Below are positions 18,785 through 28,781 of a stretch of 64,000 bases of DNA, in pieces. The position numbers were made by a program, and so were the translations under genes. Location of the stretch: IMG/VR virus record IMGVR_UViG_3300012953_000023; one strand, 5' to 3'. Within the stretch, counting starts at the first letter, position 1. The number at the start of each line of letters is the position of its first letter. Source of the stretch: an uncultured virus (IMG/VR IMGVR_UViG_3300012953_000023) (taxonomy: Duplodnaviria > Heunggongvirae > Uroviricota > Caudoviricetes). The notes under the pieces were generated by a model that did no database searches, was not told the origin of the DNA, and worked only from the letters and a program-made list of their open reading frames with translations.

Positions 18785-19115
18785 TTTTTTTATTCATCGC
18801 TTTTATTTTAATATAGAGGCTATCAAGATCCTTATGAAGTGAATGTTCCATGCCCACATATCTAGATAATAGGGCATATAGTAAATTTACTACCACGAAA
18901 GCATCACGACTTTCTCTATATGTTTCATCTCTGAGATCTATACCAGCTAATAGATTAATATCATGTTTAGAAATTGCATCTATTTCATCATCAATTATAT
19001 CAAATAAATGCTGTGATATTTCTACTAAACTTTCTGAAATATCTCTAATTATTTCTTCTTCAGTTTTTTCCCTGGTGATTCTTTCACCTGTAGGAAACTG
19101 TATTATTTCTCCCAT
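18771..19115 (-). CDS. Hypothetical protein
   Basis: ORF after promoter. Confidence 0.7.
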   Translation of the reverse strand: MGEIIQFPTGERITREKTEEEIIRDISESLVEISQHLFDIIDDEIDAISKHDINLLAGIDLRDETYRESRDAFVVVNLLYALLSRYVGMEHSLHKDLDSLYIKIKAMNKKNDIT

Positions 19116-19122
19116 TTTAGAT

Positions 19123-19151
19123 ATTATACCATAGTTTTAGTTAAATGTACA
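19123..19151 (-). promoter_or_regulatory. Early-type promoter TGTACA-N17-TATAAT
   Basis: Recurrent motif. Confidence 0.8.
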
Positions 19152-19154
19152 GAG

Positions 19155-19577
19155 TTATTTCAATGTTTTTACAGTTTGTCCACCGATTTTACATGAAATA
19201 ATTCCATTATAATAATCTTCTGTTAACAGCACTTCTCTATCAAATTGTTCTTTTGCTTCCATATATGCACATTCACCTTTTGTTTTACATAAATGTAGTA
19301 TTTCTCTATAGAACATTTCAGTTCCTTGAGTATCAACATCGCTTTTAAGGTGTTTATTAGATCCATAGTAATCTTTCCAATCAGATTCAACCAATAGTTT
19401 TTTTCTACGTTTTCTTGTTTTTGTGATTGGTAAGGTCTTTTTAAACCAAAAGAATTTTTTTCCGACATATTTTTTATTAGTTGCTCTATTAGTAATTAAA
19501 TAAACAAACCCATAATACACATCTGAACTAAACTCAGATGGTGGTTCCCAAATACGACCATGATATTTCCATTCCAT
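19155..19577 (-). CDS. GIY-YIG endonuclease
   Basis: GFVYLITN...KYVGKK, YYGS, E, YYN. Confidence 0.85.
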   Translation of the reverse strand: MEWKYHGRIWEPPSEFSSDVYYGFVYLITNRATNKKYVGKKFFWFKKTLPITKTRKRRKKLLVESDWKDYYGSNKHLKSDVDTQGTEMFYREILHLCKTKGECAYMEAKEQFDREVLLTEDYYNGIISCKIGGQTVKTLK

Positions 19578-19582
19578 ATATG

Positions 19583-19590
19583 TATTTATA
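19583..19590 (-). promoter_or_regulatory. Late promoter TATAAATA
   Basis: Exact consensus 5 nt before ATG. Confidence 0.7.
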
Positions 19591-19729
19591 CGTCAAAATC
19601 AAGATCGTTATCTTCCTCTATTACCGCACTTCCACATTTAGGACAATATATAGGTCCTTCATGATCTTCTTCAAATTCAACATAACTACGATTAAAGCAA
19701 TACTCACAATCTATTGTGATTTTATCCAT
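19586..19729 (-). CDS. Small zinc-ribbon protein, 47 aa (not in ORF track)
   Basis: Hand translation MDKITIDCEYC...YCPKCG; SD AAGGAG. Confidence 0.75.
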   Translation of the reverse strand: MDKITIDCEYCFNRSYVEFEEDHEGPIYCPKCGSAVIEEDNDLDFDV

Positions 19730-19738
19730 GGAATCTCC

Positions 19739-19957
19739 TTATCCTAGTTTTTCTTTTAGCTGGTCATATCCGCCAATTTTATCGCCGTCTATAATAATTT
19801 GTGGAAATGTCCTTGCAGTTGGAAATTTTTCTATCATTTCTTCTCTACTAAAATCCTTTCCTAATTGAAAATATTTCCATTCTTTTAATTTTTGAGTACA
19901 TAACACTTTTGCCATATCGCAAAAAGGGCACTGTTCCTTTCCATATATTTCTATCAT
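19739..19957 (-). CDS. nrdC: Glutaredoxin
   Basis: CPFC, TFPQI, IGGY. Confidence 0.92.
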   Translation of the reverse strand: MIEIYGKEQCPFCDMAKVLCTQKLKEWKYFQLGKDFSREEMIEKFPTARTFPQIIIDGDKIGGYDQLKEKLG

Positions 19958-20163
19958 TTTTCTAATCCTAATCCTATTATAAGAAATGACATCATCATTC
20001 CTCCAATTACTACAAATTGTATTATGGCAGGAACTACTACAAATATTTTCATAGCATCAAAATTTCCTGTCATAAAAAAGTCTCCACCGTTTTGCCATTC
20101 TTTAACTTCTTCTGGTGTTGCTTCGCGTGGCTTATCAAGCAATAATTCTAATTGCTGTGGCAT
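19954..20163 (-). CDS. Small membrane protein
   Basis: C-terminal hydrophobic segment. Confidence 0.65.
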   Translation of the reverse strand: MPQQLELLLDKPREATPEEVKEWQNGGDFFMTGNFDAMKIFVVVPAIIQFVVIGGMMMSFLIIGLGLEK

Positions 20164-21236
20164 TATAAACTTAATCCTTTTAATGTACCTTCATCAACAT
20201 CTTGCTTAACACCACCTGTAACATAAGATGTAATTTCTGTTTCTTGTGGTGCAACTTGTACACTACTACCAGCAATCCATTTTTCTGTCCATGGCAATGG
20301 ATTTAACTTTGGAACTGTATATGGACATGGTAAATTAATAGCTCTCATTCTTTTGCAACCAATCCATTCAATATAATCCTTTAAAATTGTTTCGTTTAAT
20401 CCTATCATTGAGCCATCTTTAAATAAATAATGTGCCCATTCCTTTTCTTGTTCTATAACTTTAGTAAATAAATCTATTGCCTGTGGTTCCATTTCTTTAG
20501 ATATTTTTTCAAAGTCTTTATCTTCAGCTATCATTTTTTTAAGTATAGTAGTTGTGCCAGCTAAATGAGTATTTTCATCTCTTGCTATAAACTTAATAAT
20601 TTTTGCATTGCCTTCCATTTTCTTAAGTTCAGCAAATGCCCAGCTACATGCAAATGACACATAAAACCTTACACCTTCTAATGCATTTGCTGATAACATA
20701 CACATCCATAATGCTCTTTTATGATCCATCCTATTAGTTGCAGAATTATTACAATCTATCAGGTCGTCATAATATTTTGCAATATCGTTACCACAATCTA
20801 AAATTTCTTTTATATCTAACATATTATCAAATACATATGATGGATCAGGATATACGTTACGTATAATATGAGTGTATGATCTACTATGAATTGTTTCAAA
20901 GAAAGACCAAGTTTCTACCCAGTTTTCTACTTCTGGTAAAGATGCTATAGGTAAAAACGCCATGTTCGGAGCTCTTCCTTGCACTGAATCAAGTAAAATT
21001 TGTCTTTTTAAATTTGATGTAAAAATATGTTGTTCGTGTTCTGTAAGAGTATCAAAGTCTTTCTTATCTTTTGAAATATCTACCTCTTCGGGTCTCCAAA
21101 AGAATCCAAGTTGCTTTTCTGTTATCTTTTCTAACTGTGGGTATTTAACTAAATCAAACCTTTGAATATCTACGCCTTCGTCTAAAAACATATTTTTGAG
21201 CAGATGAGATTTACTAGATTTCTTAAGTATCGCCAT
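20163..21236 (-). CDS. nrdB: Ribonucleotide reductase class Ia beta
   Basis: FFWRPEE, ETIHSRSY, EGVRFY, RDENTH, VAPQE. Confidence 0.97.
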   Translation of the reverse strand: MAILKKSSKSHLLKNMFLDEGVDIQRFDLVKYPQLEKITEKQLGFFWRPEEVDISKDKKDFDTLTEHEQHIFTSNLKRQILLDSVQGRAPNMAFLPIASLPEVENWVETWSFFETIHSRSYTHIIRNVYPDPSYVFDNMLDIKEILDCGNDIAKYYDDLIDCNNSATNRMDHKRALWMCMLSANALEGVRFYVSFACSWAFAELKKMEGNAKIIKFIARDENTHLAGTTTILKKMIAEDKDFEKISKEMEPQAIDLFTKVIEQEKEWAHYLFKDGSMIGLNETILKDYIEWIGCKRMRAINLPCPYTVPKLNPLPWTEKWIAGSSVQVAPQETEITSYVTGGVKQDVDEGTLKGLSL

Positions 21237-21248
21237 TATTATTCCTTA

Positions 21249-23573
21249 TTAAATTTTGCAACTGTCACAATCTTCATCATCGAGTTCAACTGTTACTGTT
21301 GCGGTTGTACCACTATCATATGTGTGGTGTTCGTCGTCTTGCATTTCTCCAGCACCGTCATATGTATTAAAATAGTATAATTGTTTTAATCCATATTTGT
21401 ATGCAGTTACTAAGTCCTGAATCATTGCTGACATTGGAATCTTATTATCCTCAAACTTTTCTGGATTATAAGATGTATTAACCGATATCCCTTGGTCAAT
21501 ATATTTTTGCAATATAGCACAAATTTTTAAATAGCCGTCAGGTGATTCTTGATCCCATAATAAATCATATTTATTTTTGAGATGGTGATAACCTGGTACG
21601 ACTTGAGCTAAAACTCCGTCTTTAGATTGCTTATATGATACTAAAGCTCTTGGAGGTTCAATACCATTTGTACTATTACTAATCTGTGCACTTGTTTCAG
21701 CAGGCATTAATGCCATGAGGGTACTATTTCGGATGCCTGTGGCTTTAAGTTGAGTTCTCAGCTTGTCCCACGGTAATCTTTCAGTATTCCCTATTAGATT
21801 ATCTATTGCACTTTTATATGTATCATTTGGCAGTTCCCCACGGGCATATTTTGTATCATTATTTGCAGGTATTTTGCCTTTTTCTTCAGCTAAATTTGCT
21901 GAAGCTTTAATTAAATAGTATGACCATGCTTCAGCATATTCATCTATAATAGAGAATGCTTCTTCATTGTATTTTAAACCTCTTTTTGCTAAGAAATAAG
22001 CTAGGTTAATAATACCAATTCCTAATGGTCTTCTATTTTTTGTTCCGTTTTCTGCCGCGGCAATAGGATAGTTTTGATAATCTAATAATTCGTCTAAAGC
22101 CCTTACAGATAAATCACAGTACTTTTCAAACTCTTTAGTATCATTTATTAATCCCCAATTAATTGCAGATAATGTACAAAGAGATATTTCTCCTGTATGA
22201 TCGTCGTATGCTTCTAATGGACTAGTTGGTAGATCAATTTCACAACATAAATTGCTCATTCTGATTGGAGCCTTTTTAGGATCAAATGCACCATGTTCAT
22301 TTGCATGATCTACATTCATTATATAAATTCTGCCAGTATCCTTTCTTTCAGTTAATAGCATTTGGAATACTTCAAGTGCAGGTAAAGTTTTCTTTCTGAT
22401 ACTATATGCTCTTTCATATTTTTCGTATAATTCTTTAAATTTATCTTGGTCGTCAAAGAAAGATTCATATAATCCTGGCACATCGTGCGGATCAAAGAAA
22501 GTAATATTACCGCCAGAGAGTAATCTTTCATACATTACTTTATTTAATTGAAATGCATAATCCATATGACGAACTCTTGTTTCTTCTGTACCTTTATTAT
22601 TTTTAAGTACAATTAAATCTTCAAATTCATAATGCCATACTGGTAAATAAACTGTTGCTGCACCGCCACGAACTCCACCTTGTGAACAGCTCTTTACAGC
22701 ACTTTGAAAATATTTAAGGAATGGTATTAATCCCGTATGTACTACAGAACCATCCCCTACTTTTGCTCCTGCTGCTCTAATAGAACCAGCACCTATTCCT
22801 ATACCTGCCTTTTTGCTTATATATTTAACAATACTAGTAGCAGTAGCATTAATAGAATCGAGAGAGTCTCCAGATTCAATAAGTACACAGGAACTAAATT
22901 GGCGAGTCGGAGTTCTAACTCCCGCCATAATCGGAGTGGGAAGTGAAATATAAAATTGAGAAATCGCATCATAATAATCCTTAACATATTTTAATCTATT
23001 TTCTTTTGGATAGTTCATAAACAATGTTGCAGAAACCATCATGTAAAGCATTTGAGGTGTTTCATAATGGGTTTTATCTCTACGGTCTTGTACTAAATAC
23101 TTTCCTCTAAACTGCTCCATACCAGCATATGTGAATGTATCATCCCTATCATGCTTTATATATGAATCCAGCTCATCTATTTCTTCTCGAGAATAGTTTT
23201 CCATTATTGCACCATCATAAACCTCTCTACTAATATTTTCTATAATTAGGTGAGCTAAAGGCCATGGTTTATAGTCGCCATATACTTCTTTTCTTAGCTT
23301 ATATGATATAAGCCTTGCTGCAACAAATTGGTAATTGGGGGTATGCTCTGATATAAGCTCTGAGGCACTCTTAATAAGAAGTTCATGAATATCATAAGCT
23401 GGTATCTTATCATAGAGTTGTATATTTGATCTGAGCTCTATCTCCGACATACTGACCCCAGTAATGCCTTCAACGGCCCATTCGAGTACTTTGTGTACTT
23501 TATCTAAATCAAATTCTTGAAGCGTTCCATCACGCTTTGTAACTTTAATCGACATTATATTGGTTCCGTTCAT
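21249..23573 (-). CDS. nrdA: Ribonucleotide reductase class Ia alpha
   Basis: ATP cone, FSSC, SNLCCEI, LYY, C-terminal CDSC. Confidence 0.97.
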   Translation of the reverse strand: MNGTNIMSIKVTKRDGTLQEFDLDKVHKVLEWAVEGITGVSMSEIELRSNIQLYDKIPAYDIHELLIKSASELISEHTPNYQFVAARLISYKLRKEVYGDYKPWPLAHLIIENISREVYDGAIMENYSREEIDELDSYIKHDRDDTFTYAGMEQFRGKYLVQDRRDKTHYETPQMLYMMVSATLFMNYPKENRLKYVKDYYDAISQFYISLPTPIMAGVRTPTRQFSSCVLIESGDSLDSINATATSIVKYISKKAGIGIGAGSIRAAGAKVGDGSVVHTGLIPFLKYFQSAVKSCSQGGVRGGAATVYLPVWHYEFEDLIVLKNNKGTEETRVRHMDYAFQLNKVMYERLLSGGNITFFDPHDVPGLYESFFDDQDKFKELYEKYERAYSIRKKTLPALEVFQMLLTERKDTGRIYIMNVDHANEHGAFDPKKAPIRMSNLCCEIDLPTSPLEAYDDHTGEISLCTLSAINWGLINDTKEFEKYCDLSVRALDELLDYQNYPIAAAENGTKNRRPLGIGIINLAYFLAKRGLKYNEEAFSIIDEYAEAWSYYLIKASANLAEEKGKIPANNDTKYARGELPNDTYKSAIDNLIGNTERLPWDKLRTQLKATGIRNSTLMALMPAETSAQISNSTNGIEPPRALVSYKQSKDGVLAQVVPGYHHLKNKYDLLWDQESPDGYLKICAILQKYIDQGISVNTSYNPEKFEDNKIPMSAMIQDLVTAYKYGLKQLYYFNTYDGAGEMQDDEHHTYDSGTTATVTVELDDEDCDSCKI

Positions 23574-23586
23574 TTTATTAGGTTAT

Positions 23587-23615
23587 ATTATACCATACTT
23601 TTGGCATAATGTACA
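23587..23615 (-). promoter_or_regulatory. Early-type promoter TGTACA-N17-TATAAT
   Basis: Recurrent motif upstream of nrdA. Confidence 0.8.
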
Positions 23616-23618
23616 ATG

Positions 23619-23948
23619 TTATTTTGCTTTTATTTTGAGCCTTCGCTCCATTTCTTCTATTCTCTTGATAAGATCTGGGTAAGCATCAAATTCATGTAAT
23701 TCTTTACATGGATGAGAATTGCCTTCTAGCTTATCTAGTCGCTCTGCGGCTAAAGGATACTGTTTTCTAAATTTTGCATCCTTTTTAGCTAGTTCAAGAT
23801 CATATCGTTCAGCAAAATATTGCATAAACCTATCAACTTGTTTTTGGAACCAGATACCCATAGTTGTACCTTGGAACCATTGATAAAACGAACTACCAAT
23901 AATTGATGATAATATAGACTTTAACGATAGTACAATTAGCCAATGCAT
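23619..23948 (-). CDS. Hypothetical protein with hydrophobic N-terminus
   Basis: ORF coupled to lipase. Confidence 0.7.
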   Translation of the reverse strand: MHWLIVLSLKSILSSIIGSSFYQWFQGTTMGIWFQKQVDRFMQYFAERYDLELAKKDAKFRKQYPLAAERLDKLEGNSHPCKELHEFDAYPDLIKRIEEMERRLKIKAK

Positions 23949-23949
23949 A

Positions 23950-24711
23950 TTATTTCTCTTTTTTGGCTAATGCTTTAATAGCCTTAACGTAATGAGGCAT
24001 ACCGTGATCTACAACTCCGTCAAAGAATTTAAATCTTTTCCATGAGTTTAAAATACCATAAAGTGTATCTGCCCATGTTGGCTTTAATGCCTTATCACCA
24101 AATCTATTAAAGTATATCATTTCACCGTGATGTCTAAACCCTAACCATGCTGGTGGGATTCTACATACGATATCATTGTTATTCATAAATCTGTAATGAT
24201 CACAATGAATGTTTTTGATAAATTTAGGTCCACCAACTCTTGGTGATCCAAATGTAAATAATTCTTCTGGCTTATATCTTGTAGAGCTAATAGTTGCCAT
24301 TGCTGCACCTAAGCTATGACCTGTAAAGTATACATCTTTTCTTACTTTTAGTTGGTCATTGTGCTCTAATTCTTTTAAGATATCCATCCATAAGTCGTTT
24401 ACTTCCTCTTGGAATCCACCATGGACTTTACCGCCAGCTACTGCTGCTTGTTTAACTAATTTTAAATCAGCTAAAACATCGTTTAATTTTGAAGGTTCTG
24501 TTCCTCTGAAAGCAAACCATAAATCGTTTCTATCTTTTGCTATTAGAACTTCCGCTCCACCCTTACTAATTAATTTTACTTGTGCAAATCCTAATTTTTT
24601 ACCAGCATTCTCTGCAGGTTTAGGATTCATATACGCAATTGCAGATAGTTTAGCTGCTACTTCAGCTCTTTCCCATACTGTCAACTGTTCTTTCATTCTA
24701 GTTGTCGCCAT
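23950..24711 (-). CDS. Class 3 lipase (alpha/beta hydrolase)
   Basis: AFRGT, VHGGF, TGHSLG, TFGSPRVG, DIV..IP, DH. Confidence 0.9.
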   Translation of the reverse strand: MATTRMKEQLTVWERAEVAAKLSAIAYMNPKPAENAGKKLGFAQVKLISKGGAEVLIAKDRNDLWFAFRGTEPSKLNDVLADLKLVKQAAVAGGKVHGGFQEEVNDLWMDILKELEHNDQLKVRKDVYFTGHSLGAAMATISSTRYKPEELFTFGSPRVGGPKFIKNIHCDHYRFMNNNDIVCRIPPAWLGFRHHGEMIYFNRFGDKALKPTWADTLYGILNSWKRFKFFDGVVDHGMPHYVKAIKALAKKEK

Positions 24712-25198
24712 TTTCTTTCTCCACTTTAATTTCAACTGCTCCAGCATCTTCATCATTAATTGTCACATCCCTATAATAAACTATCACCTCGCCGAGCTGA
24801 TTTATATATCTTTTAATTTCTTGAGTATTATAAGACATAAGCTCATAATCATCAACCGTCATAGCTACAAATACAATATCTCCGCCATGTTTTTTCTTTA
24901 TATCATCGATAAATTTATCGAGATACGTATACCCTTCTGGATATAAATCTTCTCTACCTAATTTACAATTAGATTTTTTAGTTTCTGGATCCTTTAAACA
25001 ATTTTCAATTATTACAGTATCTGAAACTACATACCATTTAGGTTCTTTTAAATCTATTGCTCTAGGCATTACTGGCTGAACAATATCGATTTTAACTGGT
25101 TTTGTAATTATTTCAACTTCTCTAGGAGCCTGTTGAAGTAACGAACAACCACTAATCGTTAAGAGTGCTAATACGCTGACTATCTGCTTCAATTGCAT
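24698..25198 (-). CDS. Outer-membrane lipoprotein, o-spanin-like
   Basis: Lipobox ISGC, Pro-rich, overlaps upstream i-spanin-like gene. Confidence 0.75.
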   Translation of the reverse strand: MQLKQIVSVLALLTISGCSLLQQAPREVEIITKPVKIDIVQPVMPRAIDLKEPKWYVVSDTVIIENCLKDPETKKSNCKLGREDLYPEGYTYLDKFIDDIKKKHGGDIVFVAMTVDDYELMSYNTQEIKRYINQLGEVIVYYRDVTINDEDAGAVEIKVEKENGDN

Positions 25199-25544
25199 CG
25201 AATGCCTCCTTTGTTCTAGTGTTTGCTCTTTTCTCAATCATACCAGGTTTAGCACTTGCTAATTTAGATAAGTTATGGCGTCTAAATATATCCATATACT
25301 CAGCCATCTCTGCCTCGTATGCTTGATTTCTGACTTGTAGCCCTGAAAGGGCTTGAGTTGTTTTTTGAAGATTTCCTTGAATAGCCTCGATTGTGGCTTT
25401 TTGTTCTTGATCTCTTAGATCTTGAGCCAATATTACTTTGGCTTGCTCGTCCAATTTATTTTTCATTGGTACAACAGCTAGGTTATAATATAAAAATCCC
25501 GATACGGCTAAAGAGCCTATAATTCCAATCAATATTTTATTCAT
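25152..25544 (-). CDS. i-spanin-like protein
   Basis: N-terminal TM plus long coiled coil. Confidence 0.75.
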   Translation of the reverse strand: MNKILIGIIGSLAVSGFLYYNLAVVPMKNKLDEQAKVILAQDLRDQEQKATIEAIQGNLQKTTQALSGLQVRNQAYEAEMAEYMDIFRRHNLSKLASAKPGMIEKRANTRTKEAFDAIEADSQRISTLND

Positions 25545-25546
25545 AA

Positions 25547-25786
25547 TTATTCTTTATTTGCTTTTATAGTTTCTTGGTTCCTTTTGGCTTCAAGTTTTCT
25601 GGTTTTTTCTAATCTAGCAGATCTCTTGGCTAACATTCTTTCTACGAATTTTTTACCTTCTTTTGTTCTGCCGTCATAACGTCTTTGTACGTCTTTCTTC
25701 TTTTTTACTGCATCTGCAGGTAGAGAAACACCAGCGCCAGCTACTGAATTAGCTGCAACTTCCCAAATGTCTTTAAATGATTTCAT
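25547..25786 (-). CDS. Small basic protein with capsid-targeting-like N-terminus
   Basis: MKSFKDIWE; DGRTKE motif. Confidence 0.7.
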   Translation of the reverse strand: MKSFKDIWEVAANSVAGAGVSLPADAVKKKKDVQRRYDGRTKEGKKFVERMLAKRSARLEKTRKLEAKRNQETIKANKE

Positions 25787-26370
25787 CTTTTTATCTCTCT
25801 ATTAGTTATATATAATTCTTGGTTAGTTAAAGGATGATTAACCTTATAGATATTCTGATTAAATAATCTATCTATAGGTTCTAGGTATTCTTCAATCTTA
25901 ACCTTAGATTTTTCTAATGCTATAATTTCTCCAGTAACAGGTGAACATATATCTTCTGTTAATGAATATGTTCCAGGTCTTAGTTTATCATCTTCCTGAA
26001 ACCAAGCTGATTCTTCAAGTTCTTCCATTTCATCAGCTGTTAAAATGTCGGACATAACTTTTTGTATTTCTTTTTCAGTTAGTCCAGTATGTTCTTTTAT
26101 TAAAAATAAGGCCGCGGCATAGGTTGCTAATTTTGAGCCTCCGCCAGGAGCCTTTTGTAATAGTCTTTTAATATTAAAAACTAATCTATGGAAAACAGTG
26201 TAAGCAGATTTTTCAGCTGGTGTTGATAAAGTTTTAGCTTTCTTTAATACTTTACCTTTATCATCAATTATCCCATACTGAAAAGCTTTCGTTTTATCCC
26301 AAGACGTTGTTAACATTCTTAGAAAACGAAATGCGTAAAATAAATCTCCTGCTCTTGATACTATTCCCAC
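25783..26370 (-). CDS. Conserved hypothetical T4-like protein (likely GTG start at 26370)
   Basis: AFQYGIIDDKGK, FHRLVFNIKRL; SD AAGGA. Confidence 0.75.
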   Translation of the reverse strand: MGIVSRAGDLFYAFRFLRMLTTSWDKTKAFQYGIIDDKGKVLKKAKTLSTPAEKSAYTVFHRLVFNIKRLLQKAPGGGSKLATYAAALFLIKEHTGLTEKEIQKVMSDILTADEMEELEESAWFQEDDKLRPGTYSLTEDICSPVTGEIIALEKSKVKIEEYLEPIDRLFNQNIYKVNHPLTNQELYITNREIKR

Positions 26371-26741
26371 TATAAATTCCTTAAAACTCCTACAATATAT
26401 GGATCCATTGGTACGTCTAATTTTTCTTTTTCTGGCAAATAATGTAAAAATACTAAGAATGGCTTTATATAATGCCAATGATTCTCATCTATTTTGTACC
26501 AAAGCATCCTATTTGCAGCTTCTATTCCAAAGCAGTTATAAATTACAATTAGATGATTTAATATCAATCTTTCTTGTAAATCATTATGTGCTTCGTATCG
26601 GCTTAAGAGTCTTTTAACATACTTAAACCTATTAACATCTTCCCTAAATTCATTAACATCTATGCACTCAGGATTATTATAATGTTGAGATGCATAAAGC
26701 TTAAAATTCTTTCTATTTAGCTTATCAAATATTTTCATCAT
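26370..26741 (-). CDS. Conserved hypothetical T4-like protein
   Basis: Y.NP.C, RLILNH.I..YN.FG. Confidence 0.78.
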   Translation of the reverse strand: MMKIFDKLNRKNFKLYASQHYNNPECIDVNEFREDVNRFKYVKRLLSRYEAHNDLQERLILNHLIVIYNCFGIEAANRMLWYKIDENHWHYIKPFLVFLHYLPEKEKLDVPMDPYIVGVLRNL

Positions 26742-26746
26742 ATAGT

Positions 26747-26754
26747 TATTTATA
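26747..26754 (-). promoter_or_regulatory. Late promoter TATAAATA
   Basis: Exact consensus 5 nt before ATG. Confidence 0.75.
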
Positions 26755-26756
26755 AA

Positions 26757-27116
26757 CTATTTGTTTATATAAATTTCAACCTTTGACTTATATTTCTTAG
26801 CAATTTGTTGTACTTTTCTATCTTTAGCAAATTTATCTAGTGATGCTTTTTTACCATAAAATTCTAAAGATGCTGGTTGTGTATCGCCTCCATCAAAACT
26901 AGAGATATGCATACCTTTAATTTTACTAATTAATTTATCCATATAATCCATTTCAGCTTGTGTAAATCCAAAATCATCATTAAATTTATTAGATGAATTT
27001 CCTTTTACAACTTCGATATATGCTCTAGCTTCATGACCTCTACGATCTCTATCTTTCCAGTTCTTTAAGTCTTTTACGCCTTCAGTTAGTTTTTGTCTGA
27101 ATTGAAAAAAATTCAT
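26757..27116 (-). CDS. Putative internal virion protein
   Basis: MNFFQFRQKLTE CTS-like leader. Confidence 0.65.
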   Translation of the reverse strand: MNFFQFRQKLTEGVKDLKNWKDRDRRGHEARAYIEVVKGNSSNKFNDDFGFTQAEMDYMDKLISKIKGMHISSFDGGDTQPASLEFYGKKASLDKFAKDRKVQQIAKKYKSKVEIYINK

Positions 27117-27856
27117 TAGTCTGATTCTCCCTCACCAGCATCATAGTTTTTATCGACATAGTTAAAGAATTCTTTTCTTTTCTCTTTGTCTAACTCTTGA
27201 GGTGATTTAACTCCAAATTTCTTTAATGCCTTTTGAAAGAAAGCTTGATATTTCTTTTGCTTATCAGTTTCTTCACTCTTAGGTTTTTCATGAGTGTATC
27301 CAAGCTTTTTCATTCTTTCGTGATCTTCAGGCTTTTCAGCTTTATACTCTTTGCCTGTTTTAGGATCATACATCATATGAGGTTCAAAAGCTTCTTCTAA
27401 ATCTTCTTCCTCTTTGACGTCTTCGAAAAGCTCTGGATATAGATCTTCTAGATCTTCTGAATCCATTCCCATAATATCAGGATCCATCATCATATTAACA
27501 ATAGCCTGTTTATCGCCAGAAATGTCAGCCATACCTCTACCTTTAGCTTTAATTTTTACTTTATGTTTTTTTTGAGCATCAGCAGTAACTTTTCTATCTC
27601 CGACATAATCGACATCAATAGTAGTTTTACCTTTACCTGCTTTTAACTTCTTTTCTTTAATGTTGCTACCATCAGCTTTCATTCCTGATTTTTTAACAAC
27701 ATGCTTCTTTTTAAAATCCTTTTCGCCAGATTGTGGACCATTTTTACCAGATGGTGCTTTTGGTTCCTCAACTTCCTTAACGGATTTTTTACCCTCAAGC
27801 ACATCGCTAACTGATGCAGCAATGCTTTGAGTTTCTTTATCATGCAATTTTGCCAT
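27116..27856 (-). CDS. Charged multi-module protein, putative internal virion polyprotein
   Basis: Short modules separated by (L/V/I)xE acidic linkers. Confidence 0.65.
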   Translation of the reverse strand: MAKLHDKETQSIAASVSDVLEGKKSVKEVEEPKAPSGKNGPQSGEKDFKKKHVVKKSGMKADGSNIKEKKLKAGKGKTTIDVDYVGDRKVTADAQKKHKVKIKAKGRGMADISGDKQAIVNMMMDPDIMGMDSEDLEDLYPELFEDVKEEEDLEEAFEPHMMYDPKTGKEYKAEKPEDHERMKKLGYTHEKPKSEETDKQKKYQAFFQKALKKFGVKSPQELDKEKRKEFFNYVDKNYDAGEGESD

Positions 27857-27870
27857 TTTATTTTCCTCTC

Positions 27871-28170
27871 TTATTGTATGAAAAGCATTCCTGTAATCCC
27901 AGTGGCTGCTGCCGCGATGACTACCCAGAATATTTTATTTATTACACTTACTGTAGAAGCATTAGATCTAACTAATCCTTCTAGCCTATCAACTCTATTT
28001 ATAAGAGTTAAGATTTGTTCTCCTTGTTGTTTACCAAACTCTGTCAGAGTAACAATCTTTTCTTCAGCGCGTGCCAAAGCTATAATAGCTTCAGACATAC
28101 GATCTATTTTTTCTTCTATACGGTCAAGCCTTTGGGCCTGTTCAGCTCTTTGTTCCGCTGCTGTACTCAT
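27871..28170 (-). CDS. Coiled-coil protein with C-terminal TM
   Basis: RLDRIEEKIDR; hydrophobic C-terminus. Confidence 0.75.
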   Translation of the reverse strand: MSTAAEQRAEQAQRLDRIEEKIDRMSEAIIALARAEEKIVTLTEFGKQQGEQILTLINRVDRLEGLVRSNASTVSVINKIFWVVIAAAATGITGMLFIQ

Positions 28171-28432
28171 ACTTATATATCCTACATCTAAGTGGCGTTA
28201 CGCCTTTTATTAATCTATGGTACTCTCCTTTTTTAATGTCAAATACCATACCCTTTTTTAGTAGCCAAGGTAAACAATTTTGTAATTGGAATTGCCATCC
28301 TTCGCCATCTAAAATTTCTACTTCCCTGTCTTCCATATCACGGTGCCAAACATATTCCTCGTCTGGATTTTCTGGTTTGAATTCTCTTATAGATCCTTCT
28401 TCCCAGTATGGTTTACCAAAAGTAATTTCCAC
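28142..28432 (-). CDS. Cupin-like small protein
   Basis: WHRD.EDR and EYHRLIKG. Confidence 0.65.
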   Translation of the reverse strand: MEITFGKPYWEEGSIREFKPENPDEEYVWHRDMEDREVEILDGEGWQFQLQNCLPWLLKKGMVFDIKKGEYHRLIKGVTPLRCRIYKYEYSSGTKS

Positions 28433-28781
28433 CGCCTTTTAATCCTAAATCTTTTGCGTACTTGGGTAATCTACAAGACCAATAACCTGGAGAGAGTTTA
28501 TCTGTTTTAGTATCGCAGTTGTGTCGTGATGCAAAATTTCTAGCTGCGTCGCGATCATTAATTTTAGAAGTAAGACCACCCTTTTCGTCTCCAAAGTTTA
28601 TTTTCTTTATATTACCAGTTTTTGGGTTTTTAACATATACAACATATTTTTTAGGACCTGAACTTCTACTTGGCTTATTAAGCTCTGGATCAGGACCTTC
28701 AATCATTGGTTGCTCTAAAGGAACATATTTTCCTTCGTATAAACCAAATCTGTCTTGTGTATGTTCTAAAAAACTATTCAT
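28413..28781 (-). CDS. Conserved hypothetical viral protein
   Basis: KKYVVYV...NFGD, F.SRHNC, GYWSC. Confidence 0.72.
   Translation of the reverse strand: MNSFLEHTQDRFGLYEGKYVPLEQPMIEGPDPELNKPSRSSGPKKYVVYVKNPKTGNIKKINFGDEKGGLTSKINDRDAARNFASRHNCDTKTDKLSPGYWSCRLPKYAKDLGLKGGGNYFW

Noticed and set aside
19155..19577. GIY-YIG gene as a mobile homing endonuclease or as T4 denA
   Set aside because: Single domain with no DNA-binding tail; orthology cannot be shown without a search
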